A stretch of 64,000 nt of DNA, from positions 4,800,001 through 4,864,000 of the forward strand of contig OZ001293.3 of the NCBI GenBank assembly GCA_963921275.4. Reading direction: 5' to 3'. The DNA is from an uncultured Hormoscilla sp. Lineage in GTDB: Bacteria; Cyanobacteriota; Cyanobacteriia; Cyanobacteriales; Desertifilaceae. Position 1 is the stretch's first letter. Each line of letters begins with the position of its first letter. The notes beneath the pieces are model-generated. The model was given only the letters and a program-made list of their open reading frames with translations, ran no database searches and was not told where the DNA came from. The translations under genes and the position numbers were made by a program. Positions 1 through 12,554 of this stretch are shown piece by piece.

Positions 1-1
1 T

Positions 2-1148
2 GACAGAGTGAGGATTAATGAAACGGTTGACCTGAAGGAGATATCCCTAGATCGAGCAGAAGAACTCTGGGCCACCAGACTATATCCTCTACGCCAGCAA
101 GCGATCCCGAAACCCGCTTCGCCCCTTTATCCCCTAACTCGCCAACAGCTAGAAACAGAATACCCCCGTGGCAGAACTACGCCTCGGTCGGTGCTGGTGT
201 TGGGACGTCAGCTAATCGGACAGTACAAAGAAAACCTAGTTATTGGTTCGCCCAATGTGGCCCGGCCTTGGTTGACTCTGGTTAAATCTCCCGTACAGCA
301 AGATGCGCTGGCAGCTTTTAAGTTAGTCTGGAAGCAGGAGTTCGACAAAACTGCTGCAAAAATTACCCGAATTCGCGATTACGATGGTCCGGAACTGATA
401 AAAATGCTGCAAGAAGCTCTCAAGGCATTGGAGATCTCCGGGATTAAGCCGAAACTATTATCAGATAGTGCCACATTCGCCAGTTATTCCCTGAGTTACC
501 AAGATGGGCAGAACCGGGTAGGATTAGTATGGGCAGAAAATCCTAACATGAGTAGCTTTTTTCGTCTGATGGAAGCTTGCCAGAAAGTAATTCAGAAAAA
601 GTTCTGTCAAACCCTATACTTGATTAGAAATGAAGGGGTGGGTCAATATACCCATCAAGGTAACAAAATGTATCAGCAAATTTTCGCTGGTTCTGCCCAT
701 AGTCACATCAAACCGGACCTGGAGTCTCTGCACTACCTGGCAACCTACCATAATCTGGTGAATGCTGCTTACTCTGGAGAGTTGGTAGTTGCTAACAAAA
801 CTCCGACGCTACAAGAGTTAGAAGTTCTGCTTCGGGACTCTCAGATCATGTCATACTGTCCGTTGTTGCAAGATTTGGGTATTGTCACCTCCGATGGCGG
901 CGAGGCAGAGGTTGATGAAAGGGATAAGTTACTCCGGGAAGTCAAGGATTTTTTGTTGAATATAGTCAGCACCCAGCAGACGATCGGGCGTGAGATCCTG
1001 AGGCAAAATGCTCGCAGTCAGTTTCCGCAGATAAATGAATCGGAAATTGAGCAACTGATTGAGCAGCTTTGTCAGGAAAAATATGACAATTGTCAACCCT
1101 AACGATCTTCCCGAACAACAATCAATATATTGGGTCTCTCAAGAGTAA
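2..1148 (+). CDS. C-terminal part of a cyanobacterial P-loop ATP-binding protein (5'-partial); probable frameshift in the A-run near 1076-1081
   Basis: Frame is open from the window edge; ORF 8..1102 ends QEKYDNCQP, while the alternative frame continues ENMTIVNPNDLPEQQSIYWVSQE* to 1148, which looks like the expected family C-terminus. The ATPase domain lies outside the window. Confidence 0.6.
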
Positions 1149-1168
1149 TTCCCTCTCTTGGCTGTCAG

Positions 1169-1196
1169 TCCGCAGGGGGTTTTAACCCCCTGCGGG
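1169..1196. repeat. REP-like palindrome (CCGC/CCGG-GGGG-TTTTAA-CCCC family); further copies near 22381, 23604, 34393, 34479, 50383
   Basis: Dispersed imperfect palindromes, often accompanied by a TAGCTAAAGTCGG...CCGACT module. Confidence 0.7.
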
Positions 1197-1663
1197 CCAT
1201 GAGACTAATTGACAATGGTGCAAGATGTGAGTTAAAACCGACTAATATAAAGTCCGGGTAATTAAATAGCTGGACAAAAATATTCACACATTCCTACGTT
1301 GGCTTAACTGCTCAATGGTGGGGGAGCATCTTACTTTTGCTTTTTGGCATTAAATACTGCTAATTGCGTATACGCAGTGCGCTACGCGCTATGGCTAAGG
1401 GCGCATACGCAGTGCGCGTAGCACTTTGTCGAATGGAAAATAGCGCAATTGTAAATTGTAAATTCTCGATTCCCAATTTACAAAACACCGGATGCACCCG
1501 GATCTCACTTTGTTTTTTGCGCGATCTGAAATCGCGACTGCGTCGCGCTATAGAAAATGGATAATTTTGAATTAAAAATAGAGAAGAGAGAAGAGCATGA
1601 ATCAATAATAAACTCTTCTATCTTCTCTATTTAAAAACATGAGATCGCCCGATATATTAGGCA

Positions 1664-2119
1664 TTAAGTGTCATACATTTTAGCCTCAAAGGCATCTGGA
1701 TGCTCCTCACAGTATAGTTCAAAATTGCTTTTCGGCTTCTCCACAAAGTCACTTTTCCGGAGAATGTCAGTGACGGAAATAACCCCCAGCAACTTGCCCT
1801 TAATCACCGGAGCACGGCGAATGCGAGTGTTGGCGAACAGCCGTGCTACATACTCGACACCCAGCTCCGGATTGACCACAATGCAAGGCTTAGTCATAAT
1901 CTCATAAACCCGCATCTTCTTGGGGTCATGTCCATAAGCAGCGACCTTGTAGATAATGTCAGTCTCGCTCACGATGCCATAGGGGTCAGTGTCGCTGCGA
2001 GGTTCTACAATCAGGGCCCGTAGTCCCTTCTCCTTCATCAGCCCCACCGCCTCAGCGACAGTCGCAGCTCCGCGAATGGTGACCACATCTTTGGTCATAA
2101 TTTCTTCAGCTTTCATCAT
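1664..2119 (-). CDS. CBS-pair protein with a CP12-like C-terminal tail
   Basis: Two CBS repeats (IMTKDVVTI..., IMTKPCIVV...) then FELYCEEHPDAFEAKMYDT, resembling the CP12 C-terminus with only one Cys. Confidence 0.8.
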   Translation of the reverse strand: MMKAEEIMTKDVVTIRGAATVAEAVGLMKEKGLRALIVEPRSDTDPYGIVSETDIIYKVAAYGHDPKKMRVYEIMTKPCIVVNPELGVEYVARLFANTRIRRAPVIKGKLLGVISVTDILRKSDFVEKPKSNFELYCEEHPDAFEAKMYDT

Positions 2120-2158
2120 GGTTTGATCTTCCTTTAAATTAAACAAAAAATGAAAATT

Positions 2159-2362
2159 TTATCCAGCTTTTACTGCCCGCTGATGAGCTGCTTCTGCTTG
2201 CAGTTCCTCAACAGCATCCCAAGCAGCAGCACATTCAGGAGATGAGGCGCCTTTAGCTTCACAAATGGCTCGGGCATCTTCACGTGCTACTTCAATTTCA
2301 TCCTCAACAAACAGTTTTTTCGGCTTCTCTACAAAGTCACTCTTCTTGAGGATATCGCTGAT
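2159..2362 (-). pseudogene. 3' remnant of a second CBS-CP12 gene (CP12 N-terminal Cys pair and AWDAVEEL)
   Basis: Manual translation: ISDILKKSDFVEKPKKLFVEDEIEVAREDARAICEAKGASSPECAAAWDAVEELQAEAAHQRAVKAG*; no start codon, 5' part replaced by heptamer-repeat DNA. Confidence 0.8.
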
Positions 2363-2459
2363 GTGGGTTGTTAGTTGTTCCGGACGAGCGGATCGCCTGT
2401 CCGGAGGTTGTCAGTTGTCAGGGTTGAGAGTTCGCTGGTTGCTGATTACTGGTCGCCGT

Positions 2460-2780
2460 TCAAATGTGCTTATCTACTGCACTACTGAACTCTTCATAGG
2501 GAACAATGCCCGTGATATTTTCTACAAGCTCGCCTCCCTTGAAAATTAGCACCGCAGGAATGCTCTTGATGCCGAACTTTGTGGCCACAGCTTTGTTTTC
2601 ATCCACGTCTAGCTTGAACACTTTGACACGGTTCTCGTATTCCCCAGCCAGTTGCTCCATTAAAGGACTCACCTTGCGACAGGGACCGCACCAAGTTGCC
2701 GTAAAATCAACAACAACTGGTCCCGAGTAGGTTAAAAGCTCATCCCACTCACTCCCTTGTATGTACGCTACTGTACTCAT
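2460..2780 (-). CDS. trxA: Thioredoxin
   Basis: WCGPC active site, 106 aa. Confidence 0.9.
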   Translation of the reverse strand: MSTVAYIQGSEWDELLTYSGPVVVDFTATWCGPCRKVSPLMEQLAGEYENRVKVFKLDVDENKAVATKFGIKSIPAVLIFKGGELVENITGIVPYEEFSSAVDKHI

Positions 2781-2825
2781 GGCTATTTGTCCTGCTGATT
2801 ACAATAAATTTGAATTGGAAAAAAT

Positions 2826-3125
2826 TTATGAAATGGCATCCTCTTGATGGGTTTTAATGGTACAGTCTGAGGTTGGGGAAGCCACACAAGTCAGGACAAA
2901 ACCGGCTGCCATCTGATCGTCATCTAGGAAAACTTGATCGGACTGATCCACTGTTCCGGAGATTAGTTTACCAGCGCAGGTAGAACAAGAACCAGAATTA
3001 CAGGAAACAGGCAATTCAATATCCTGTTCTTCTGCTGCCTCGACAATATACTGGTTCTCAGCAACCTCAATCGTCTTGTCTAGTCCTTCAGCTTCATTGA
3101 TTAGCCTGACTTTATAACTTGCCAT
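2826..3125 (-). CDS. Plant-type [2Fe-2S] ferredoxin (PetF-like)
   Basis: [10 protein letters not shown]...LTC cysteine pattern, 99 aa. Confidence 0.9.
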   Translation of the reverse strand: MASYKVRLINEAEGLDKTIEVAENQYIVEAAEEQDIELPVSCNSGSCSTCAGKLISGTVDQSDQVFLDDDQMAAGFVLTCVASPTSDCTIKTHQEDAIS

Positions 3126-3197
3126 TTATCGATACTCCTTGTATTAAAATGGTTAATGGATAATTGCGAATGGAGATGAATCAATAATCTTCAATTC

Positions 3198-3764
3198 TCA
3201 ATTCTTAAACTTTTGCTTCTTTAGCCATGCTTGCAGGCTACTGGTCACCTCATGGACAGCTTTATTGCCATCAATTACCTTCAGACACCGGCGTCTTTGG
3301 TAAAAATTAATCAAGGCAGCTGTCCGATCTTGATAAACCTCTAGACGCCGACGGATGGTTGCTTCGTTATCATCATGGCGGCCCCGCCCCAACATCCTCT
3401 GGACTAAAGCCTCGGTGGAAACGTCAAAATAGACTACCTCGTTACAAGATTGCCCCAATATTTGCAGCAGTTGATCTAGAGCCAGGGCCTGGGCAAGATT
3501 CCGGGGAAATCCATCTAAAATCCAGCTGGATAATGCATCTGGCTGGGCCAGACGTTGCCGCATCAGGGCCACGATTAACTCGTCTGACACCAGTTCTCCG
3601 GCGTCTACCTGTGCTTTTGCTTGCACTCCTAAGGCTGTTTGGTCGGCGATCGCCTGACGCAAAATATCACCGGTAGAAATATGAGGAACTTGCCATTGCT
3701 GGGCTAAAGTTGCCGCTTGAGTGCCCTTACCCGCTCCTGGAGGGCCTAAAAAGATTAATCGCAT
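3198..3764 (-). CDS. adk: Adenylate kinase (short-lid type)
   Basis: GPPGAGKGTQA, HISTGDILR and LDGFPR motifs. Confidence 0.92.
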   Translation of the reverse strand: MRLIFLGPPGAGKGTQAATLAQQWQVPHISTGDILRQAIADQTALGVQAKAQVDAGELVSDELIVALMRQRLAQPDALSSWILDGFPRNLAQALALDQLLQILGQSCNEVVYFDVSTEALVQRMLGRGRHDDNEATIRRRLEVYQDRTAALINFYQRRRCLKVIDGNKAVHEVTSSLQAWLKKQKFKN

Positions 3765-3829
3765 CTTGTTTTTCTTGACAAATTGTTAACAATGTGACTA
3801 CCCTGTAGCAAGAGTTTGGTAAGATATAG

Positions 3830-4198
3830 TTGGTCCACCATCTACTGCTTATGGTTATGACTGCTGAGAACTTGTCAGACTACAGCATCTGGAAAAGGCT
3901 TGACCAGGGGAGAAAAGCTAAGGCTGCTCAAGGAGGCTATGTTGGTTATGGTTCGCCAGCATTTGGTCAAAAATCCCTAGATGGTGAACTGGTCGAAGAC
4001 CCTGACGAACAACAGGTGATTGAACTGATTCGCCGTCACCATAAATCTGGCAAGTCCTTACAACAGATAGCCGACTGGCTGAATATGCATGGGTATAAAA
4101 CCAAGCGGGGTCAGCAGTGGAAACGGATCTCGGTTAAGCGAGTTCTCGACCGGCTTTACGGCAAAACTCCCAGGGTATCTGGGGTTACTCAAACCTAA
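3830..4198 (+). CDS. Stand-alone recombinase-domain protein (DNA-binding domain of large serine recombinases, no catalytic domain)
   Basis: GGYVGYGSPAFG...SLQQIADWLN..GYKTKRGQQW...V.RVL pattern. Confidence 0.7.
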   Translation: MVHHLLLMVMTAENLSDYSIWKRLDQGRKAKAAQGGYVGYGSPAFGQKSLDGELVEDPDEQQVIELIRRHHKSGKSLQQIADWLNMHGYKTKRGQQWKRISVKRVLDRLYGKTPRVSGVTQT

Positions 4199-4199
4199 T

Positions 4200-4662
4200 A
4201 CCGCCAGATTTGCCTCTAGATCGCCGGCTACTGCCAGGCAATGCTGGTCATCCATAAACGACCTCCCTGGAAAAACCTCCCTTGCCTCCATAACAGAAAA
4301 TCAGGTTAATTAATTGCTATATAAGGGTTTCATCTGTTTCACTGTTACATTCCTCTAGCATACACCGAGATCGAGAAAATGGGTATATAAATTCGGGCTT
4401 AGAGATGAATAAGCTGTAACATCCCTCTATCTGACCGCCAGATTGGTCCCTCGATCGCCAGCTACTGCCAGGCAATGCTGGTCATTCATAAATAACCTCC
4501 CTGGAAAAACGTCCCTTGTCTCCATAACAGAAAATCAGGTTAAAGTCTTGCTATGTAAAGATTACAGGATATTTTACTGTTACATTCCTCTAGCATACAC
4601 CAGGATAAAGAAAATGGGTATATAAATTGGGGCTTAGAGATGAATAAGCTGTAACATCCCTC
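4200..4662 (+). repeat. Imperfect tandem duplication of ~230 bp (4200-4428 and 4435-4662)
   Basis: Both copies begin ACCGCCAGATT and end AATAAGCTGTAACATCCCTCT. Confidence 0.9.
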
Positions 4663-4793
4663 TGGAGAGTGAGTAGTGGGAACCGGCGATTGGGGACTGG
4701 GAAGACAAGGTTGGCGATCGCGTTGACCGTCCGCCAGGAAGATGTCACACTTGTTGCCAGTTCCTTCAGGATCGAGAAGGCAAAGGAAAAACC

Positions 4794-5957
4794 ATGCAAC
4801 TGGACGACCCGCTGATTGTGGCGCCAGCTCTAGAGGAGGCAATTGACCGTCACCCCCTAACGGTTGCTCCCAACAGACTGCTGAAAGATGTAATTGCCTT
4901 AATGTCTCAGGCACGAGGAACTCATTGCTCTGTGGCGAGTTTGAACTCACCGGAAGACGGTTCGTCCTCGGCGGCGGGGGTGCCCATGAGAGAGACTCGT
5001 TCGAGCTGTATCTTGGTCATGGAGGGCTCAGAGTTGCTGGGCATATTTACGGAGCGGGATATCGTGCGCCTCACAGCTGATGAGGTGAACTTTGAAGGGG
5101 TGAAAATTGCTGAAGTGATGACCCACCCAGCGATAACTTTACCCTCTGGGGCTTTTCAAGATATCTTCGCAGCTTTATTTCTATTTCGTCGGTATCGGAT
5201 TCGCCACCTGCCGATTCTGGACTCCCAGGGTTTCCTGGTGGGTATCGTCTCACCAGAGAGTATTCGCCAAGTGCTGCGACCTGCAAATCTGCTCAAGTTG
5301 CGGCGGGTGTCGGAGGTGATGACTCGCCAGGTGATTCATGCGCTTTTGACCGCTTCCGTATTAAATTTAGCGCAGTTGATGGCAGAGCATCGGGTCAGTT
5401 GCGTGGTGATTACTCAAGAGCATGCCGATGGAGGTTTTCTGCCAGTGGGGATTGTGACTGAACGGGATATTATGCAATTTCAGTCTCTACAGTTGGATCT
5501 GTGTAAAACTGAGGCTCAGGCTGTCATGAGCACTCCCCTATTTCTCCTGAGTCCTTCCGATTCTTTATGGACTGCCCATTACCAGATGCAGAACCTGCGC
5601 GTGCGGCGATTGGTGGTCTCTTGGAATTGGAACAGGGGCTTGGGTATTGTTACCCAGACTAGCCTGCTGCGCATCTTTGACCCAATGGAAATGTATGAGG
5701 TGATCGAGACTTTGCAGCGCACTGTCTCGCAGCTGGAAGCGTCTCAAGAGGTGCGATCGCAAAAGAGCCTTGGCTCATCAGACTTGCCAGCACAGCTAAA
5801 GTCTCCAGATCTTCAGCTATCTACCCTCCTAGCACAAATGCAAGTTTCTCTAGAAAGCCTTGTTTCCGAACCAAATATATCCCAAAAATTACAGCAGGAT
5901 CGGCTGAATTCAACTTTAGCTGCTCTTCAGGAAATACGTTATCTCATGCAGAGTTGA
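4794..5957 (+). CDS. Four-CBS-domain protein with a coiled-coil tail
   Basis: GIFTERDIVR, GIVSPESIR, GIVTERDIM and GIVTQTSLL CBS motifs. Confidence 0.85.
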   Translation: MQLDDPLIVAPALEEAIDRHPLTVAPNRLLKDVIALMSQARGTHCSVASLNSPEDGSSSAAGVPMRETRSSCILVMEGSELLGIFTERDIVRLTADEVNFEGVKIAEVMTHPAITLPSGAFQDIFAALFLFRRYRIRHLPILDSQGFLVGIVSPESIRQVLRPANLLKLRRVSEVMTRQVIHALLTASVLNLAQLMAEHRVSCVVITQEHADGGFLPVGIVTERDIMQFQSLQLDLCKTEAQAVMSTPLFLLSPSDSLWTAHYQMQNLRVRRLVVSWNWNRGLGIVTQTSLLRIFDPMEMYEVIETLQRTVSQLEASQEVRSQKSLGSSDLPAQLKSPDLQLSTLLAQMQVSLESLVSEPNISQKLQQDRLNSTLAALQEIRYLMQS

Positions 5958-6079
5958 TCTGGAGTGCATTTCACTTTTGTAAATCTAGAATTGAGAATAG
6001 AAAATTGAGAATAGAAAGATGCTCCAAATGGTGCCCACCCTACAGGTGATTAAATTTATATTATAGGCATTTAATCAAA

Positions 6080-7726
6080 ATGTTGTACCAAGCAGTAGAC
6101 ATCCGATCGCTCGTCACCCAACTGGCATCCTGTAAAATTCTCTGGTTAGATACGGAAGTAGCTGACTGGCAAACTCCTAATCCCAGATTATCTCTGATTC
6201 AGGTGTTGGCAGATCCTCATGACTTGATGGGAGAAAGCACTTACATTCTAGATGTATTAGATAGAAATGATTTGGTCAGATATTTTGTTGACCAAATCAT
6301 GGCTAATACCCAAATAGAAAAGCTATTTCACAACGCTAGTTACGATCTCAGGTTTCTGGATAAAAATAAGGCCCAGAATGTTACCTGTACCTTGAAGATG
6401 GCCAAAAAGATAGGAGGCGATCGCCTGGGAGTATCGAACCTGCAACTGAAAACCTTAGCAGCAGAACTTTGCCAGATCTCCAATATAGACCGAGAGGAAC
6501 AGCAAAGTGATTGGGGACAGCGACCCTTGACGGCAAAACAGCTACAATATGCTAAGATGGATCCAGTATATCTGGCTCAAGTGCATCGCCATTTAGTAAA
6601 ATTAATGAAACAGGATCGTCCCGAACAAACTACTGTGAAGACTGGAGAAACCTCATTCAGCGTCACAAACGTCAGAGTCGCGACGGAATGTCCGCGTCTA
6701 TTCTATTTACATCAGCGGTTTGGTGGCAAAACAATGTTTGTTCCATCTGACGCAGCTGGTATTGGTACGATATTTCATCAGCTATGCGAGCAATTTGTGG
6801 CCCTAGCAAAGCAGCGATCGGAGTTTACAGTCTTGTTGGCCTCTGCTGATGCTAATGTAGAGGAAGTAGCCTCCCGGATGCAACAGTTGTTTTACCAGTT
6901 GGCTTTTTATGCCTACATGGAGACTGCTACGGAGATGGCATCGGAACTTCCGCAAATCTGGCAGGGTTTAACTGCAATGATTGGGCGTTGGGCCCTATTG
7001 CTAGTCAGCAATAGGCGCTATTGTAATTTTGTAGAAGCGATCGACAAAACTTTTATTGCAACGGAACAGAGACTAACTAATACTTTTATTTTGCCATATC
7101 GCACCCAGCAGGAAGTAGTGGGAGAATTTGATGGCTTGATCTATGATTTTGAACGCGATCGCCTGTGTGTGGTAGACTACAAAACCTACGCACCGGTGGA
7201 TCCATCAGCTCAATTAATCCAGGTTGCCCTCTATAGTTATACGATCGGTCAGCAGAAACAAGTGCCAGTTGATGCAGCAGTTTACTGCGTTTTACCAGAA
7301 TTCAAAGTACGTGAATATTCCTGGGAACAGCTAGCAGAAACGGTGCATCAGCTAATTCCTCATAAATTGCAACAAATGCGGGAATGGTTAAACTGGAAAC
7401 CTCCACAAGCAGATCCGCCGCCCCCGACAACTCAATCTCACCTGTATGAAATTTGCCCCCAGCAAAAAAAATGTCAGACTTTTTTTGCTGACAGTAGGGT
7501 GGGCACCACCCACCAGGTAAGCGCTAAAGCTACAAACAGTAGGGTGGGCACCGCCCACCAGGTAAGCGCTAAAGCGCTAAAGCGCTTACTACAAACAGCG
7601 CTAAAGCGCTTACTACAAACAGCGCTAAAGCGCTTACTACAAACAGCGCTAAAGCGCTTACTACAAACAGTAGCGCTAAAGCGCTTACTACAAACAGTAG
7701 CGCTAAAGCGCTTACTACAAACGTAG
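6080..7726 (+). pseudogene. N-terminal part of a 3'-5' exonuclease (RNase D-like DEDDy) + PD-(D/E)XK nuclease + FtsK fusion, frameshifted in a repeat tract
   Basis: LDTE, HNASYD and YAKMD exonuclease motifs; GEFDGL..VVDYKT..QVALY nuclease motif; ends in ALKRLLQT repeats, with the FtsK part following in another frame. Confidence 0.75.
7490..7722 (+). repeat. Tandem REP/SDR expansion: two GTAGGGTGGGCA units and six 24-27 bp GCGCTAAAGCGCTTACTACAAAC units
   Basis: Seen directly; a single related unit sits in frame in the TPR gene at ~54563-54587 (ALKRLLRT). Confidence 0.9.
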
Positions 7727-7734
7727 GAAAACAG

Positions 7735-8691
7735 TTGGTGGAAATCCTGCAATCATTTAATATAGATGTTAATTATTTAGGGGCAGCAGTTGGTCCCGCG
7801 TTTATCCGGGTGAAGCTGAAACCCCATCTGGGAGTGAAAGTTGATTCTCTGCTGAGGAGATCTGAGGATTTACAAGTGCAGTTGGGTATTCTGACCCGTC
7901 CCTTAATTAAACCCCAAGCTGGATATGTTAGTGTAGATTTGCCCAGACCCGATCGGGAAGTGGCGAAGTTCTCAGATTACATTCAACCTGGAGAAACACC
8001 GAAATCTGTCAGAATTGCCATTGGCGTGAATTTAGATGGTAAACTCGTGGAAGCAGATCTATCCGATCCAAATACCTGTCACTTTTTGGTGGGAGGGACC
8101 ACCGGAAGTGGCAAAAGTGAGTTCTTGCGATCGCTTCTCCTCAGTCTGCTAGTTCGCCACTCTCCCGAACATCTGAAAATCGCCCTAGTTGACCCCAAGC
8201 GGGTAACTTTTCCCGAGTTTGAACAGATGCCCTGGTTGTATTCACCGGTGGTCAAAGACCCTGATCGGGCGATCGAACTAATGGCAGAATTAGTGGCAGA
8301 AATGGAATCCCGTTATCAGCTATTTGAATCAGCAAGCTGTGCTGATATTAATGCCTATAACCTCAAATCTGTCAAGCAATTGCCCCGGATAGTCTGTATC
8401 TTTGATGAATATGCCGACTTCATGGCCGAAAAGGAAAGTCGCACCGAGTTAGAACAAAGCATCAAGCGCTTAGGGGCCATGGCACGTGCTGCTGGCATTC
8501 ATCTGATCGTTGCTACCCAACGCCCTGAAGCTAAAGTTGTTACCCCGATCGTCCGTTCTAACCTACCAGGGCGAGAGGCACTCCGCACCGCTAGCGAAGC
8601 AGATTCAGTTATTATATTAGGTGGCAAGCAAACAGCAGCCGCATACCTGTTGGAGAAAAGCGATCTACTTTATCAAATTGGTTCTCAGTAG
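7735..8691 (+). pseudogene. FtsK/SpoIIIE ATPase domain, copy 1 (C-terminal part of the fusion gene, premature TAG)
   Basis: GGTTGSGKS Walker A, IFDEYAD Walker B, ATQRP; QRLQSL-like sequence continues after the stop. Confidence 0.8.
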
Positions 8692-8913
8692 CAGAGATTG
8701 CAGAGTTTGTTGACTCAAACTGTTGATTTATCTTTTGAGAGTTGAAAACCGCCCGCCGGCTGTATGGCCATTTTCGGAGCGAGGACCGTTCCCTCCACCG
8801 ATACGAAGTCCGCTTCGCGCTGGCACAGCGATCGTTCATAATCCATACAGGGAAAGCGAGTCACTCCCCCTCACCATATGCTACATTTGTAATAAATGGT
8901 GAAATTTAGATCT

Positions 8914-9074
8914 CTGGACAGTGCGAAGTTCTTTGGAGAACTGCTTGTCACAAGAGGGTTTGAGACTGATCGACCTTCAGGGGGCGCGGGCGACTACGGG
9001 CTTACAGCCCGTAGCCGCATGGGTTTCAGCTTAAGGGCGCTCGTCGTATTCTGTGAGAACTTCGCACTCTCCAG
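8914..9074. mobile_element. MITE, 161 bp
   Basis: Terminal inverted repeats CTGGACAGTGCGAAGTTCT / AGAACTTCGCACTCTCCAG flanked by the 8-bp direct repeat TTAGATCT. Confidence 0.85.
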
Positions 9075-9524
9075 TTAGATCTGATTCATAAAGAAAATAT
9101 AAAGACTATCTGGGTTAGCTTTGACGAAGTGTTGTATACTAGATATGGCTTGCTGAAAAAGAGTGGAAGCCTTGCCTGATAAGGCTTTCATTCATTAGTC
9201 TCCGGGAAATAGCCAATCCCCATCTGAGGGAATGGGAAGTTCTCAAACTGGCGATCTCCGGGCCAAATCAGAAATGGCGAGGCTTTGGGATCTGGGAACA
9301 GACAATAGCAAGAACGCAAGCAAATGGGGTAAGCTGTGAGGCATTTAAATTGCATAGTCTAAAATGGACATGATGGCTGAAGCTCATATGGTGAGGGGCC
9401 TCCATTATTTTACAGATAGCCCAATATGCAGTAAACGATGCGCGACAGCTTATAACCGGTTTGTGGTCTGGATGTCCGGGAGGCGATCGATAGAACGACA
9501 ATTGTTTGGGAGGATACACAAGTT

Positions 9525-10274
9525 ATGTTAACGGTTTCACCGGTCAAGTCGCCGGAATTATCAGCAAAATCAATTTCCAACTATCAGCAATTACTGGAGG
9601 AAAATCACTTTATTTATGTGGAAACTGAAGAGCAAAACTTTGACTGGATAAAATTTTCTAAATTGGTCACAGGTGAGGAGTTAATGTTGCAATATGGTCA
9701 AGAGATATTCCATGTCAAATATGAACCAGAATTTATGAAATTGTCCGATGCCAGAGGTGAAAGGCGTTTGCTTCCTCATACGGAAGCCAGCGATTATCAA
9801 ACCCCACCGAAATATCTAGCGCTTTGGTGCAAAAAGCCTTCTGCTTGTGGTGGTGGGATGACTACTTTGGCTTATGTCGAAGGATTCCTGAAGACTCTTA
9901 CGGAAGAAGAAAAGAAAAAACTCATGGAGACTCGACACCATTTTTGTGCCACGAGGGGAGTCCACGCCAACCGCACCAAGGGAGCAATTCATACCATCCT
10001 CTCATTTGAAGGTAACAAGCCGATTTTCCGGTTTTCTTGTAATTATATTAAATCCGGTGACTACAGCCCCGATCCAGAGGATTTAAAGCCCTATACTCCC
10101 GATCCGTTTTTGGCAGAAATTGCAGATCGATTTCTAGAGTATTACGAGGAAAACCACATGGCTATTCGGATGGAACAATATTCATGTTTGCTTTGGGATA
10201 ACAAATGTATGGCACATGCAAGGACCACCTATAGCGATCCAACTCGAAAACTAGAACGCATCTTCTTAGGCTAA
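9525..10274 (+). CDS. TauD/TfdA (clavaminate-synthase-like) Fe(II)/2-oxoglutarate dioxygenase
   Basis: LLPHTEASD (HxE), GGMT and WDNKCMAHART motifs. Confidence 0.8.
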   Translation: MLTVSPVKSPELSAKSISNYQQLLEENHFIYVETEEQNFDWIKFSKLVTGEELMLQYGQEIFHVKYEPEFMKLSDARGERRLLPHTEASDYQTPPKYLALWCKKPSACGGGMTTLAYVEGFLKTLTEEEKKKLMETRHHFCATRGVHANRTKGAIHTILSFEGNKPIFRFSCNYIKSGDYSPDPEDLKPYTPDPFLAEIADRFLEYYEENHMAIRMEQYSCLLWDNKCMAHARTTYSDPTRKLERIFLG

Positions 10275-10330
10275 CTTTTAGCTGACTTTTGAAGGTGGTT
10301 GGGGGGTAGACTTTTGTCCCCCTTGACTAA

Positions 10331-12548
<2,218 letters not shown>

Positions 12549-12554
12549 TTGCTT

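Noticed and set aside
1360..1605. Overlapping 66-aa and 81-aa ORFs
   Set aside because: Made largely of micro-repeat DNA, with no recognisable protein features
3830..4198. Integrase responsible for the adjacent block
   Set aside because: Only the recombinase DNA-binding domain is present, with no catalytic serine-resolvase domain or evident att sites
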